From Narcine bancroftii (Eukaryota): a DNA stretch of 64,000 nt. Below, piece after piece: positions 24,770-38,566 of this stretch. The stretch spans positions 93,000,001 through 93,064,000 of the forward strand of contig NC_091477.1 in NCBI RefSeq assembly GCF_036971445.1, given 5' to 3'. Within the stretch, counting starts at the first letter, position 1. Every line of letters starts with the position of its first letter. The notes beneath the pieces were generated by a model. It ran no database searches. It saw only the letters and a program-made list of their open reading frames with translations, and had not been told where the DNA came from. Position numbers and translations under genes: made by a program.

Positions 24770-25620
24770 GCATAATAAGTTATGGGGTTTATTCATGAGC
24801 CTGATAGCTATAGAGAAGAAAGAGTCTTTATGCTTATGGGTGCCTGTTTTAAAACTTTTCAGCATTGTCCTTAATGGGAGGGGAGGAAAAAAAAACTCTA
24901 TCTGTGATGTGATGGCTATTTTGAAATGTTACTGACTTTCCTAGCCAGTGGGAGTATCTGGAGTCCATGGAGTAGAGGGACGTTTCTGTTATATCCTGAA
25001 CTGCATTCACCACCTTCTGCAGTTTCTACCAAACTTGAGCAAAGCAGCTCCACCTCATGTTGTGATGCATCAAGCAATTTTACTTTCAATTGTGTACCTG
25101 TGGACATTATTGAGGGACAATGAGATATTCCCAATGTCCTGAGTCTTCTGATAAAGTAGAGGCATCAGTGAGCTCCTTGATAGTTTTGTCAGTGTACTTG
25201 TTCCAGAAAAGGTCATTGGAATATTTATTCTTAAGAACTGTCTACCCTTTCCACCTCAACATCATTAATGTGGCTATGGGTGTGGTCTCTGGCCACTTTC
25301 CTGAAGTCAATTATGTCCTCCTACATCTTATTGACATTGAGAGGGGTTATTATCTTTGCACCATGCCACTAGATTTTCAGTCTCTTTCCATTGTTGTTGA
25401 TACCTGGCCATTTCTGTGGTGTCGTCAATAAATTTGGAGATGGAACAGAAATAGTATTTAGTTGTACTGTCATAGGTGTTGAGGGAGTCTAGTAGAGGAC
25501 TGTGCATACATCCTTGAGGAGTACTGATGTTGAGTGTGTTCATGATAGAGAAATTGTTGTCCATCTTCATTGATTGTGGTCTATTAGACAGGGAATCAAG
25601 GATCCAGTTTCAGAAGGATC
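24770..25620 (-). mobile_element. Older Rex1/Babar LINE fragment
   Basis: ORF STPQGCMHSPLLDSLNTYD...SKFIDDTT...ENLVAWCKDNN. Confidence 0.8.
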
Positions 25621-25674
25621 TTGGGCGAGAAAGATTAATTTTAAGGAATACTTTTTTTTTTAAAAAGTGCAGCA

Positions 25675-25940
25675 ATTTGGGGAGGGTTTTCCAAACTTTA
25701 TGGCTTGGATAATGCCAATCAAAGAAGGGCTAGGAGAAGGAAGGGAACTAAATGTCTCCTGTTGAAGGAGGTCTGAGATCTCAGTGGGCTGTATGACTGG
25801 TGAAGGCAACAGAGGAATTACAGTGGAACAACCCCTGAGAGGGATGAGAATTTATGATTGAAGTATTGCCAGATTAGGCTCCAAACTAGACCACAAGTAA
25901 TGGGGTAAATTAAACTTGGTAAAATATGGATTCCAGGAAG
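25675..25940 (-). mobile_element. L2-like LINE remnant
   Basis: GGGGAGGGTTTTCCAAACTTTATGGC...GAGATCTC...GGATGAGAATTT pattern typical of antisense L2 3' regions. Similar to 41690-41730. Confidence 0.45.
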
Positions 25941-25999
25941 TAGTTCTTTGAATAAGTTCATATACCTAGTTTGAATATTTTTTGAAATCAATACTCCAA

Positions 26000-26240
26000 T
26001 CACCTTACCAACTCACATTACCTCCTGCCTGTGGGCCTGTGCTCCTTCACTGTCCCTCCCTCCCAACATTCATTCAGGTGTCTGCCTATATTTTGCTCAT
26101 ACCTTGATGAAAAGCTCAAGCCCAAAACACTGGTTATGTATCTTAATTGTTGCTATACAAAGTACATTATCTGACCTGCTGTGTTTCTTGAGCATTGTAT
26201 GTTTTACTTCAATCACTGTCTGCAGACTTTCAAGTCTTAT
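26000..26240 (+). repeat. Penelope terminal-repeat fragment with decayed hammerhead core
   Basis: CTCATACCTTGATGAAAAGCTCAAGCCCAAAACACTGGTTATGTATCTT...TGACCTGCTGTGTTTCTTGAGCATT. Confidence 0.75.
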
Positions 26241-28279
26241 TCCTCACAACAAATAGCACAGGTCCTTCAGGTACGGTCATTTGTACCATCCCTCGATTTT
26301 AGTTGTTCCATCCGCTCTCAAGCTCTCCACTGTCCAATAAATTCCATCATTTTGGCCCAAATCTTTGCTGGCACATCCTCACTGATGCAATTTGTTAGTT
26401 GAGACTCCTATTGATACTTGCCTTAAAATTATGGTACACACTGTTGTTTTGGTGAGCAGAATTAATTTCTTCATTTTCAAGTTAAGCACAGGATGAAGAG
26501 AGAATGGACTGTCTTGATATATCTTGCTATGATACATCAAAATTGTGAAAATATTAGGGTTAAATGGCAGCTAAAAGCGGAGTTGCATTGGTAATGCTAT
26601 GCAAAGTGAAATACGAACGAGAATACATCCAGACAAGAATACCAATAAATGATTCTTAAAGTTCAGAATCTCTGCAAAATCTGCAATATTTTACAATATT
26701 CAAGCTCATTCTTCAAGTTTTGTTTTCTCTGACTATCCTGACTGAGGAGCGATTGCAATTTGAAACAAATTGTGGTGTTATTAAAGGACACGTGAAAGGA
26801 GGTTTGCAATGCACAATAGCAATGGAGAAACTCAGCAAGTCGTGCAGTATCCATAACAAGTAGTTGATTTTGTAGTTGTAGGCCTTTCCTCTCAAACCGT
26901 GTTCACATTTCAACTCAATAGTCATTTAAAAATTCCAGTTTGATGTTCAAATTTTAATTTCATATGATCATGTTCATACAACTATATCATTATTCCAGGG
27001 TGCAAAAAGCAAAAGCTAGTCTACAGTGAAGTGATTAAAATTCCACCCTGTGCTGCAGAGACAAAATAATAATTAATTGGTTTGAGGCTGCTGCCATGCA
27101 TTCTACAACAGAATTAAATATTTGGCTTGCACTCTCTCAAAATCATTTTCTTCTTACTGTTTAAAAATAAATGCTACTCAAGTATCTCTTCAATACATTC
27201 TTTTCTGCATCTGAAAAATAATGATTCCATAAAATTAAAAGGTGTAGCAGTATTGAAGGATTTGATGCATTAATGAATTCCTTATTTTACACAGTTATGA
27301 AGGGACTGAGACAGTAGCACTGGTTGCAATAGCAAGATGGTAGATCATTTATAGTTACAGATGAACAGAAGGAATTATAATTTCCAACTATACAAAAACA
27401 TTTGATATCAAACTAGAAAACGTCAATGATTTCAGCAAAATAATACTAGCTGAAATCAATTACATCATTAAGTATCTATGACTTACTATTGGACAAAATC
27501 CATTTCAGTAACCTAAAATCCTAGAGTTCAATGACAAGTAGTCCTTACATCGGAATTTTCTTTTACAATACAAATTAGTTTCTCGAGATCCATCAAACAT
27601 ATTTTTATAAAGCTGAGGTGCTGCTGACCCCAAGAGGAGTAGTGTTGAAAGTGCTACTCAAATAAATGAACTGCTATTAAGTACTTCCTGTTATACATGT
27701 ACCTCAAAATTATTTTTTTCCTTTCTTGGCAAGAAGACTGTTAAACATTTCCCATGACTTGCTTGTTAATTGCAAATATTGAATTACCATACTTCTTAAT
27801 CCTCCTCATTTATATTAATATAAATGAACTTGAAGCAAGTTAAATAATTGGATTCCATATCAACATGCAACACAAGAATGTTTTAATCAGTTTTACATAT
27901 GTGTACCAAGGAGGTCAGGGCTGAGGAGAAGCAATTCAGCCAACCGAAACTCAACCTAATAGGGCATTAGTGCTCCTATCAGATCAACCAAATTATTTTC
28001 AATAAGCTCAGAGTTGTTCAAATGGAAGACACTCAATAGAATTGGATTTTCTGCCCATGTTGAGAATATTGATTAATGATTGAATCACAGATACCTGCAG
28101 AAAATTTTATGCCCGCTGCATGAAGTCATGTAGATCATAATTATAACCAATGGATCCACAACAGAATTTATCTCAATGCAAACTGGTGGCAAGCAAGGTT
28201 GCATCTTCACCTTCAACATTTTTTTTCTAGCCACAAAGCCACATCCCAACACCAATACGATTCCCACCAGAGTCAAAAA

Positions 28280-28600
28280 CACAGAACCCTTTGGTCCAAC
28301 TTGTCCATGCCAATCAAGTTATCATTCTGGGTAAGTCCCATTTGATGTATTTGGTCCATATCCTTCTAACCCCTTGCTATCCATAGTCCTTTGAATTTTG
28401 TAATTACACTTCTATAATTTTCTCTGGCAGCTTGTTCCAGATATTGATGTTCCTCTAAGTGAAAATGTTACTGGTGGGCTCCCTCTAAATCTCTCCCTTC
28501 TTGCCTTAAACCTAAATCAGGAATTTCCCATCCTGGGAAATAGACTGTTGAGCATTCGGTTTATCCACGCCATCTTGACATAACAAATCACTAAGATCAT
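28280..28600 (-). mobile_element. CR1 3' end remnant
   Basis: CCCTTTGGTCCAACTTGTCCATGCC...AGTCCCATTTG...TTTGGTCCATATCC, parallel to 3575-3900. Confidence 0.7.
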
Positions 28601-29924
28601 CTAGAGTGGATCTGCCATGTAGAGACAACACAGAGAACGAGTTTCAGATCATCATCAGATTATTTAACTTATCCTTAACATCAGCAAAACAACCTACCCA
28701 CTGTATGGTATTGCTTGATAATAAGACTCCGTACTAAGACCTTGAAAATAAAGACCACTCTACATATATTGTGAACTACACATGTCACAAATCACATCAC
28801 CTCAGTGTGACAGCACAGCTTTAACTATCTGAGGACAAGAGTGTTTTGCAAATTAGGATCTCAAACCCAACACAAAACCAAACGTTTGTGAGGTATCTGA
28901 AATCCCAGGCCTCCTGACCTCAAAACATTTGCAAGTTGCCTCAAAATGTTTCCTAATCCACTGGCCAAATAAGTCCCCAAAGCTAGGGTCCTTTTTCCAG
29001 GGCAATTCCCATAGCATTGAAGTATCAATTTTGCTTAATCAGGACATCTTCTGACTGTCATAGACAATTAAATATTTGAAGAGCTCTACGACATTTTTCA
29101 GTATATTAGTATGGAAGTGAAAAATAAAGGACACACTGTGTCCCCAAAATATACATTTGTTCACTGGTCTTACATGGCATCTAAATTATATTAGGAACAG
29201 TAGATTGCAGGAAGAGGTGAATTGCTCTTCCATTCGGAGTCAATTAAGATGTTACAGTGACTTCAAACTTTAAATATGGCAAATACTATGGCTCCAGTGC
29301 TAGGTATAGGCACAGTTTGAATTTCATTTCCATAAACAGCATTCTTCAAGAACACGTGCGCATACAGAGCTCAACTTGCAGAAGCTGGTAGATCACTGGC
29401 TTCTCAAAAGGGCAAAGGTAGAAGCATTTCTCCTGGAGGACTCCAGATATATAGTTCTTCCTTTGGCCCCTCACAAAACCATAAGCAAACATCTGCATAT
29501 TTGCAAAATGTAGTAGCCTTTAACTTGCAAATGGAAATCTGAAATCCTACCAGCCTCAAAGATCGGTTGCCTTAGAAACAAAGCTCTCCTCAATTCAATT
29601 GCCAATAAGTGCATGGATAATTAAGGAGATCTTTTTTAAATAATGAAGCTAATAGTCTTCTTGCAGCTGTTCAAACAGGTTTACTGTATGCATCCCAGAT
29701 CAAATGTTAGGTACATAATAGAGTCCAATATGACAGGCATCAATTATTAATGCTGGAGTACTGTTCTTGCTGCATTAAGCAACAATGTACTTTGAATATG
29801 CGCAACCAGTGTGTATAATTCAATGCCACGTATTGTGTTTGGGAAGAGTATAAAGATGCCACTGAAAAGATTCTTAAAATGGAGATCCTTGCACTTACAG
29901 CAGTGTTAAATAATTACAATATTA

Positions 29925-30255
29925 AAACATAGCACAGTTCAGGACCTTCAGCCGACAATGTTGTGCCGACCTACATATTCCTACCCAAAAAAAACCCAAA
30001 ACCTTTCCTACCTTGCAACCCTCTTATTTTTGTTTCATCCATGTGCCAAAGTGTCTCTTAAATGCCTCAACATTTCAGCTCCCACCACCACCCTGGCAAG
30101 GCTTTCCAGGCACGCATTACTCTTAGCACTGATATCTCCCCTAAACTTCCCTCCCTTCACTTTGTACAGATGTTCTTTGTTGTTTACTACTCCCACTCAG
30201 GGACAAAGGCACTGGCTGTCAACGTTATCTATGCCTCTCAGAATCTTATAAACCT
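29925..30255 (-). mobile_element. CR1 3' end remnant
   Basis: CATAGCACAGTTCAGGACCTTCAGCC...ACCACCACCCTGGCAAGGCTTTCCAGGCAC...TCTATGCCTCTCAGAATCTTATAAACC. Confidence 0.75.
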
Positions 30256-30466
30256 TCTCTTGTGCCTCATAAGGAAAGTGTCCAGCAGAATCAGAGTCAG
30301 AAAATCTGTAGCTCCAGTCATCAATATTATTGGCAGGGAACAAGCTGGACAGACATTTTACTCTCTCACTTCAACAGTCATTTGAATGCAACAGCTTTCA
30401 TTGTGAATTTCTCCCAAAAATCCTCTTTTCACACAGAATATTCCATGAAATGGTAATTATACTGCT

Positions 30467-31402
30467 TTCTTTTTAATATATTTTATTAATTTGAAAAAGA
30501 GTAACATTACATCATATGTAGAACAGAAAATCATTGTCAATCTTAAGGCATTAACATAAAGAATATGAATCACAAGCTAATTGCACAGAGTAATGTATAC
30601 ATTCATTATATTAATAAAAACTAAGAGCTTCAGTTCACATTCTAAGCATACAATTCTGATGAGATGCCTATATAAAATAATTTCTTCTGCATATAAAATA
30701 AAATTAAAAGTGCAAAGAGAAAAAACTCCATACTAATCCTACCCTATCCACTAAGCTGGGTCAACCACAAAGGAAGAGGGAAAGAAAAGGAAAAATAAGC
30801 CAGGGATCAAGTTTCGACATCCGCACATTGAGCATTCAAGCTTATATTATCAAAATGTGATTGGAATCCATGAATGGGCACCATATTTTGTCAAAAATCA
30901 ATCATAGTTTCTTTAATAGTATATCTGATTTTCTACAAGCTCAAAAACACAATATCTTGTACCCAACTCATGTGTGTCAGTGGTAGACTATCTACCATTT
31001 AATTAAAATTGCTTGTCTGGCTATCAACAAGGTAAAATCTACAACGCTACTCCGAGTTAAGTTCAAGGAAATATTTTCCTGTTGCAAATATTCAATACAA
31101 GGACAAGAATCTGTCTTGATCCCAAGAATCTCTGAAACCATCTGAAAAAAATCATCCCCCAAACTCTTTCTCTTTTGGATACTCTCAAACCAGCGATACC
31201 TCATGAATTCTGTATCTGTCACATTCTGGATCCATGTCATAATAAAAATGGGATAATTTACCCATCAACCAATGCATTTTATATACCACTTTGAATTGCA
31301 ATAAACAATGCCATGCACAAAATGAGGTATTATTAATCAAGTCGAGAGTAGTATCCCAATCTTCAGCTGAAATAGAGAGATTCAAATCTCTTTCCCATTC
31401 AC
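30467..31402 (-). mobile_element. 5'-truncated L1 (ORF2 C-terminus, 3' UTR, tail) with perfect 11-bp TSD
   Basis: ORF LSISAEDW...HCLLQFKVVYKMHW...DPECDR and LLIARQAILIKW. T-rich tail at 30467. TSD ATTATACTGCT at 30456-30466 and 31403-31413. Confidence 0.9.
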
Positions 31403-31659
31403 ATTATACTGCTAAGTATAGATTTTAAATGCAAGGTTTTCTGAAATACAAAGTTTCATTTTTTTTTGCACTGCAAATTGTCAATAAGAAAGTGCAGCAA
31501 ACATCAGCGAGGAAATCTGAGGGATCTGCAGCCCCTACCTGGAAGATCTACACTATGCTATCAAGCAACCAGAAATATGTGCACCTGAAGACAGATGGCT
31601 GAGATGGCTTACAAGTGTGGATGAAAAGTGAATAGTGAGAGCTGATTAATGAGTCAATT

Positions 31660-31880
31660 CTCACCTTTCCTCTCTCCTCCATATTTAATTAACACCTTTT
31701 ATCTGTTGAATTTTACTCTGCAACCTGCCCATTCTTCCCTTCTCCCCAGCCTTTTAACTCAGGCTCCTGCCTGCTTTTAACTCATACCCTGAAGAAGGGC
31801 TCAGGCCCAAAACAGTTACATCCTCTTATAAATGCTACAAGACCTTCTGAGTTCCTCCAGCATTTCTGTGCTTTTATTTT
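31660..31880 (+). repeat. Penelope terminal-repeat fragment with near-intact hammerhead core
   Basis: CCCTGAAGAAGGGCTCAGGCCCAAAAC at 31787-31813, followed by GACCTTCTGAGTTCCTCCAGCATTT. Confidence 0.75.
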
Positions 31881-33209
31881 GATGAAAATTAATTACCAAT
31901 CTCATTGTCATTAGTTGTAATGCCATTCAAGAACTTAGTAAGTTCACCAACCTGCACAGGGGGAGAAATTGAATACTAACTTGACAAATCTAACCCAGGT
32001 TGAAGGTGCAATATTCTTCCTTGCAAATAAATTCCCTCTTTTAATGCCATGCTTTAATGGATTTATGTTGGCATTACAAGTATAGGAAAATACAAATTTA
32101 CAAATTTGGAAGAGGAATTAACCTCTCAAGGCTGATCTATCATTCATTAAGATGATGGATGATTTGACTGTAACCACGACTTCCTATTCCTGCCTATATC
32201 TGATATTGTTTCACCCCCTTTCTAATCTCGTATCTACCTGGAAATGAGAATGAAATTGAAAGCAATACATTTTGGAATTGTTGAGGGGAAATCGAAAACT
32301 CTCACATAGCAAGTTTCGAGTTCATAACACAAACCTTGTTTTTTTTGGCACTTCCCTTTAACCACTCTCATGAAAACTGGTGTAAGGCCCTGTCATGTAC
32401 TGATCTGATGAGAGCAAAACAGAACACAACAAGCCACAGAGGCAAGGAATATCACTGTGCTCTCAAGTGTCAAGTTGAAAATTGACCAGTCGATAAACCC
32501 TCATAATAATCGTGCAAAATTTCAGATTGTGGTTTATTTCAATCTGGCAATAGTTTTAAAAATTGACCACAAACAAACCCTTTCGAAAGTCACATCCCAT
32601 CTAAACTTACAGAAAATAAGCAGTAAATGAAAAATAACCCTTGGATTGTTAAAACCATAGAACAGGTTAAAGTTGTGTCTTCAGGAAATTATTTCACTTA
32701 TCAGCAACAAGTGCAAGGAAAAGGAAACGCACAGAGGATACAATGTCACCCAGAATCAATCATTAATGCTCTTCAAAGAGCACTTTTTTACTGGACCACA
32801 TCCATCGTGGTTTTTCCCAAGATAGAAAAAATAGTGCAGCAGTATATGGACTACAACGTTACAGAAAATGAAGCAGCAGATGCGAACTACGCATTATGCA
32901 CCACAATATTCATACATGGGGTAACAGATCAAAATATTCATGAAATTGTACCTCTCCCAGGCCGATACATAACTGACTGTCAACAATCATTATCAGCAGT
33001 ACCAAGGGGGTTGAGGAAAATACAAAAAGGAATCTTTGCTTTGTCCAAAGTTACTACTCAGGGTGGATAAAATCAAGTGACCAAAATAATAATTCGATTG
33101 CCACAAGCAGAGGAAGTTCTCAGGAGATTACATTGGAACAATGTGAACCTGAAGTGAATCAAATAGATATTTTTGCAACAAAAAGAGCCGTGAGCAGAAA
33201 TTTACAAAG

Positions 33210-34830
33210 TAGTAAAAAAAACAAGAAATGCTGGAGAAGCTCAGCAGGTCAAACAGTGCCCTTTATGTAGCAAAAGATACAGAACTGACATTTCAGGCTT
33301 GAGCCCTTCAAAGTACCAGAGGTGTCGAAACAAAAGGGTGGGGGGAAGTGGGGGTGGCAAAGGCAGGAGATGATAGGTGGTGAATGGAGGGAGGGGACAG
33401 CAGCAATGAGGTGGATGAAGGAACTGGAAAGACAGGAAAGGGGAAGAGAAAATAAATGGCGAGCATGTTTAGTGGAAAGAAGTAAAGTCAATGTTTATGA
33501 CATCTGGCTGGAGGGTGCCCAGAGAGAAAATAGGATATTGTTCCTCTAATCTGCAGGTGATAAGGATAGGATAGTACACAAGGCCAAGGACAGACATGTG
33601 AGCGTGGGTGTGTGACTCAAAATTAAAGTATTGTTAAAGTATTGGCCACTGGTAGGTCACTGTGGTTGCAAACAGAGTGCTGAATGAAGAGATCTCTATC
33701 TGTGACAGGTCTCTCCAATGTAGAGAATGCCACAAAGGATGGACTGGATCCAGTAAATAAATCCTCTGGATGTACAAGTGTTGCTTCATTTGAAAGGACA
33801 TTTTGGGGCCCTGGATCGTGGTGAGGGAGGAGGTTTGGGCACCAGTGTTGCACCTCCTGCGGGCACAGGAGAAGGTGCTGGGGTTGCGATGGCTGGGGAG
33901 GGATAAGTGCACAAAGGAGTCACAGAGGGAGGGATCTCTGCGGAAGGCAGAGAGGGGAGGAGAAGGAAAAATGTGTCTGATGGTGAGATCCTGTAGTAAA
34001 TGCTGGAAATTCCAGCAGATAATGTGTTGGATGTAGAGGCTAGTGGGATGGTAGGTGAGGATGAGGGGGATTCTATGTTTGCTGTGTCTGGAGGCAGAGG
34101 GGCCTAGGGTAGATGAGTGGGAAATGGAGAGATGAGGGTGAGGGATGAGTTGATAGTGGTGGAGGGGAAGCCATGTTTGTGGAAGGCAGCAGACATTTCG
34201 GAAGATCTGGACTGGAAGATCTAATCTTGGGAACAGATGCAGTGGAGACAGAGAAATTGAAAGAAGGGGATGGAATCCTTGCAGGGGACAGGGTGTGAGG
34301 AAGTGTTGTCAAGGAGGTTGTGGGAGTACATATCAGTGGTCAGCTTGTCTTCTGAGATGGAGACAAATACATCCAGGAAGGGGAGAGTATTGTCAGAGAT
34401 GGACCAAGTGAGTTTGAGATAAGGGTGGAAGTTGTCCACAAAGTGGATGAAGTTGACAAGTTCATTTTGGTGCATGAGGCAGCCCCAATGTAGTCATCGA
34501 TATATCGGCAGAAGAGTTGAGGAGTCTTACTTATGTAGGATTGCAGTATGGGTTGCTCCATGAGGCCCATGACTAGGCAGGCTTAGCTAGGACCCATGTG
34601 GGTACCCATGGCTACTCCTTTGATTTGGATGAAGTAAGACAAGTTAAGGAGGAAGCTTTTTAGAGTGAGGACAAGTTCTGCCAGGTGGAGGAGGGTGGTG
34701 GTAGAGGATGGCTTGTTGGGTCTTTGGTCCAGGAAGAAGCAAAGTGCTTTCAGACCTTCTGTGTGGAGGATAAAGGTATAAAGGGATTAGACATCCATCG
34801 TGAAGATGAGACCATCTGGTTTGGGGAATT
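33210..34830 (-). mobile_element. Penelope-like retroelement (RT, GIY-YIG endonuclease, terminal repeat), disrupted
   Basis: ORF pieces PQLFCRYIDDYIG, FHPYLKLTWSISDNTLPFLDV, SSHPVPCKDSIPFFQFL, TFSCARRRCNT and TTIQGPKMSFQMKQH. GVAMGTHMGPS region at about 34585-34620. Confidence 0.92.
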
Positions 34831-36459
34831 AACGTACAAAGTAGGGTCACTGAGTAGTTAGACCCTATTACTATGAAATACTTTTGTCAAACTTTACAGT
34901 AAACACACAGAAATTAAAGCAATTGCAGCAACTTTTTGTTCACTTTACTGGCCTAATTTGGACAATGACCTTGAATTATAATTAAGTATATGTAGTGAGT
35001 GCCAAGGTTGTTCAAACAAGCTACAGAAAGAAACATCTTTACAGAAAAGGCCCGGCAGACATTTTTCACAGGGAACGTGGATTTTTTTCTGAGAAAAGGA
35101 ATGTCAATTTCTTCACACTGAGGCTCGAGTTCATGTATCATGTTCTTGAAATAAACTGAGATATATACATTTACATCACATCTTACCTGTGAAGAGTACA
35201 TTTCTGACAATAACCTCCACCTTTTGAGCTATTAGCTGGTTCACAAACTCCAGACTGGTGCTCATTTCCTCACATCATCTGGGTTCAGATGGAACAACCC
35301 AGATATTGATCATAAAGTGAAAGAAACTCTCAAGGAATTCAGAATGAAATGGAAATTGATCAATTTCATGAACAAAACACACCACCACAGGACTTGCACC
35401 TGCTAGGATTTTGACAAATGGTGATTTCTGAGCCACCCTCACAAGTTAATCTCAAACAAGTTGAGGTCAAAACTACTGTAGAACCTTACATGGGAAGAAA
35501 AGGACAGAAACATGGGAAATTCCAGAATTAGTAGGACAAAGGAAAGAAAATATAATTGATTCTTTGGTGATAAATAGGCAAGAATGAACAACAATGAGTG
35601 TGATCCCAACTTTTTCTTTTTGTAAACTCAAAGTCATCCATCCATCCCTAATAACACCTTGTTCTGATCATCCACTCATCTTGAGCTAATAATGGTGAGG
35701 AGCTAGAGAATGTGGTCAATGTTAAAGCTAATGAAAGTCAAAGAGGATGAGGACTGCACTACAACAGGGCAAAAACCATAGGGATTGAGATTTAAAACAT
35801 TAGGCTCCTTCTAATATTTCAGATGAAGATTTCTGCCATAATTGCACTTTACCTTCCATCCTTTTATTCAGCTGGTCACTAGCATCTTCTCCCAGAGAAC
35901 TGATGTAATTCATTCCTTCTGACTGGAGAAAGTTAATGTAAGTGAGCACTTATTTGGCCCAAAATATAGTATCACCTCCGTGGTAGGGTTTCATTGATTG
36001 CCAGCTGCATTCATCTGTCAGCTTAAAAGCAATCCATCATACTTGCCAACACCTGGTAATTGGCATCAGGTGTCATCAATCTACAGCACTCTGCTGGCCC
36101 ATCTAAGTTCATTCCACTATAACAAAATGGATAATGACTTGTTGACAGGTCTAGCTGCTGACAACACTCCTAATTATTCAGATGTGCAACTTATGCTCAC
36201 ATGAAAAAGCAATACTACAAATTCCATTCAGCAAGAAAAAAAATACCCTAGAGAGGATCATTCACTTGTTCAAGCAATGATTCCACTTGCTGGACTGCTC
36301 TACACAGGGGGTCTCAATCCCCCAAAGTGGTCTGTTGCCGTGCTGGACTAGCTTGACATTGGGACTCAGTTCTTCTCTTTAGATTATAACAAACAGCTAT
36401 GGAATATAGAGAAAATCAGATCTTAATTATTTTTGAAATGACTCATGATTCAGGCACCT

Positions 36460-36610
36460 AATTGTGTCCTATGTTTTATCTGTGGTTGGAAACTGCAACA
36501 CCCAGAGGAAAGCCACAATATCATGGAGGGAAATCTAACTTAACCCTGATAACCCCTGAGGTCAGTGTCAAGCCTGCCATTCTGAAGTGTTGCACTATTG
36601 TGCCACTTGC
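36460..36610 (-). mobile_element. Old V-SINE remnant
   Basis: TGTGGTTGGAAACTGCAACACCCAGAGGAAAGCCAC core, similar to the other SINE copies. Confidence 0.55.
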
Positions 36611-38165
36611 TGGATATAAGGTATTACAGGTACACCAAATTCATGTCCACAAGCAATAGTCACAGGTTAAATACTTTAACAAGCGGATCCTGCCATTCAC
36701 GTTGGGGACACTATTATTGAAAATGAATTTTTTTTAATTAAACTGCAGCATTCACACTGAAGCTCGCCTACAAAGAAGTGATTCATGTGTAAATATTCAG
36801 CATACAAATGGTTCAATATATTGACTAATTGTTCCTGATTGTTAACAAAAGCAACTGTGAGTTAGAGGAATATGATGTTCAGTTTTGAAATCAGTCATTT
36901 TAAAGTTTTATCTGGTAGATAAATGGATTCAGTTTCTGCAATAATATTCCAAGAATCTGCTTCAGTCTGTTAAATCAATAAACCTAAGGAACCACAGTGT
37001 TAAGCAGTGAATAAACAGCTTTAGTGATAGTGAATAAATTGGACAGTTCAAAATAAAGGCTCGGCAGTTTCTTTCTGCTTTGTTGCAGCATATAATCCTG
37101 AACTATTATGCCAACCGACTCGAGTATAAATTGCAACCATTTGTTTCCATACTTCAGCAAGGGAAGATGGCACTGTTTTAAATTTAATTTTTGATTCATT
37201 GATGTAGCTTGGGAAAAGAAATTAAACTGGCATCTGAGAAATCGACCAACCTGTTTAAAAGAAATTGGAACAACTGAGGGTCTATTTGTACTACATTTCA
37301 TTCAGTCTTCAGGAGCAAATACTACATGCAAGATAGTAGGCTGATTATATTTATGTGGATCCTGCATGACTGGAACTTTGTACCTTCTGCTAATAAGAAC
37401 AATATTGGTTACTGCAATTTAAATATGTAAATATTAAGAACACAAAGATAAAAGCCTAATTCTCTTAAACATTTCAGCAAAAGTTAGGGTGTTTGTATAA
37501 GGTCAGTAGGCTTCAAGGTGAATGGAACTTCAATAAATTCTAAATCTAGAATCATATCACACCTGGTTTCACAGGTTGCATTTAGTCCAAGTGGAAAGCT
37601 GAAATCAATTTGCACGAATATTAACCTACAATTTAAATGCAGTCTGAACTGACCATTTAACAATTCTTTAATATTTTGTGATTAATCTTAATAGCTAGAT
37701 ACTGTTAAAAAATGATGAATTAAATTAATGCAAATTACTGTAGGATTCAAAAGCTATTTGCCATGTCCAAGGAATAATAACATATCTAGGTGCATGGACT
37801 GAAAAGCAAAGCTATTTTCTAAATTGGTGAAGGACATCAACCAAGAAGAAAATCATATTAATGTGTTCCAGTCTGCTTTTAATTCATGTCACGAATCCCA
37901 AACAAGCAATGCATTATCTTATATGTAAAGTAAAAATATTAGACTCAAATATAGGCTCCCTGAGGTACAATTACCAACAATTTACTAGTATTATTATTGC
38001 ACTTCTGTTTTGAGATTAACATCAGTTATTTACACATTTATTTGGTACTGTTTACACATTTATTTACAATGAACCAACAAAGAGATGGTGAAGATAGAGC
38101 TTAAAGTGAATGCAGGGATAACCAACAATTAGGAAGCTCAAGTAAAATGCTGTAAAATAAATGCA

Positions 38166-38551
38166 TGTCGCGGCCCATCATGGTGGCAATCGAGCTGATA
38201 GCGGTGAGCGCAACCAAAGGCCAGCAGCCCATGCAGTGGCACTGCCCCCAATAAGCAAACCAGCAGGTGAATGGCAAGGGCAGCTTAAAGGCCAGTGACC
38301 CCAAAATGGCCCTGGCCTTGCTGTGCAGCCAACAGACAGGGACATTGTGCTGGGAAGAAGGGCATTGTTTTGCAGGAAAGTACCTCTGCACGACAAACCC
38401 GCTTTTGTTATGCATGTTGTTTCATCAGCCAAGCGAGACCACAACAGGAACAGTGCAAGTATAAAAGTTGGGCCTGAGCCCTAATAAAATTCAGAGCTTA
38501 ACCTGACTATACCATATTTGTGTGTCTTCTTTCGAATAGCACGTGGCTACA
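38166..38551 (+). repeat. 5' LTR (TG...CA, 386 bp)
   Basis: TGTCGCGGCC...GGCTACA. TATAAAA at about 38460 and AATAAA at about 38483. Homologous to 40097-40475. Confidence 0.9.
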
Positions 38552-38553
38552 AT

Positions 38554-38566
38554 TGGTGACCCTGGC
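38554..38566 (+). promoter_or_regulatory. Primer-binding site, tRNA-Trp-like
   Basis: TGGTGACCC 2 nt after the LTR, complementary to the 3' end of tRNA-Trp (...GGGGUCACCA). Confidence 0.7.

Noticed and set aside
36984-37301. 105-aa minus-strand ORF with acceptor TTTCTTTTAAACAG
   Set aside because: No recognisable protein and no matching donor. The length is compatible with chance.
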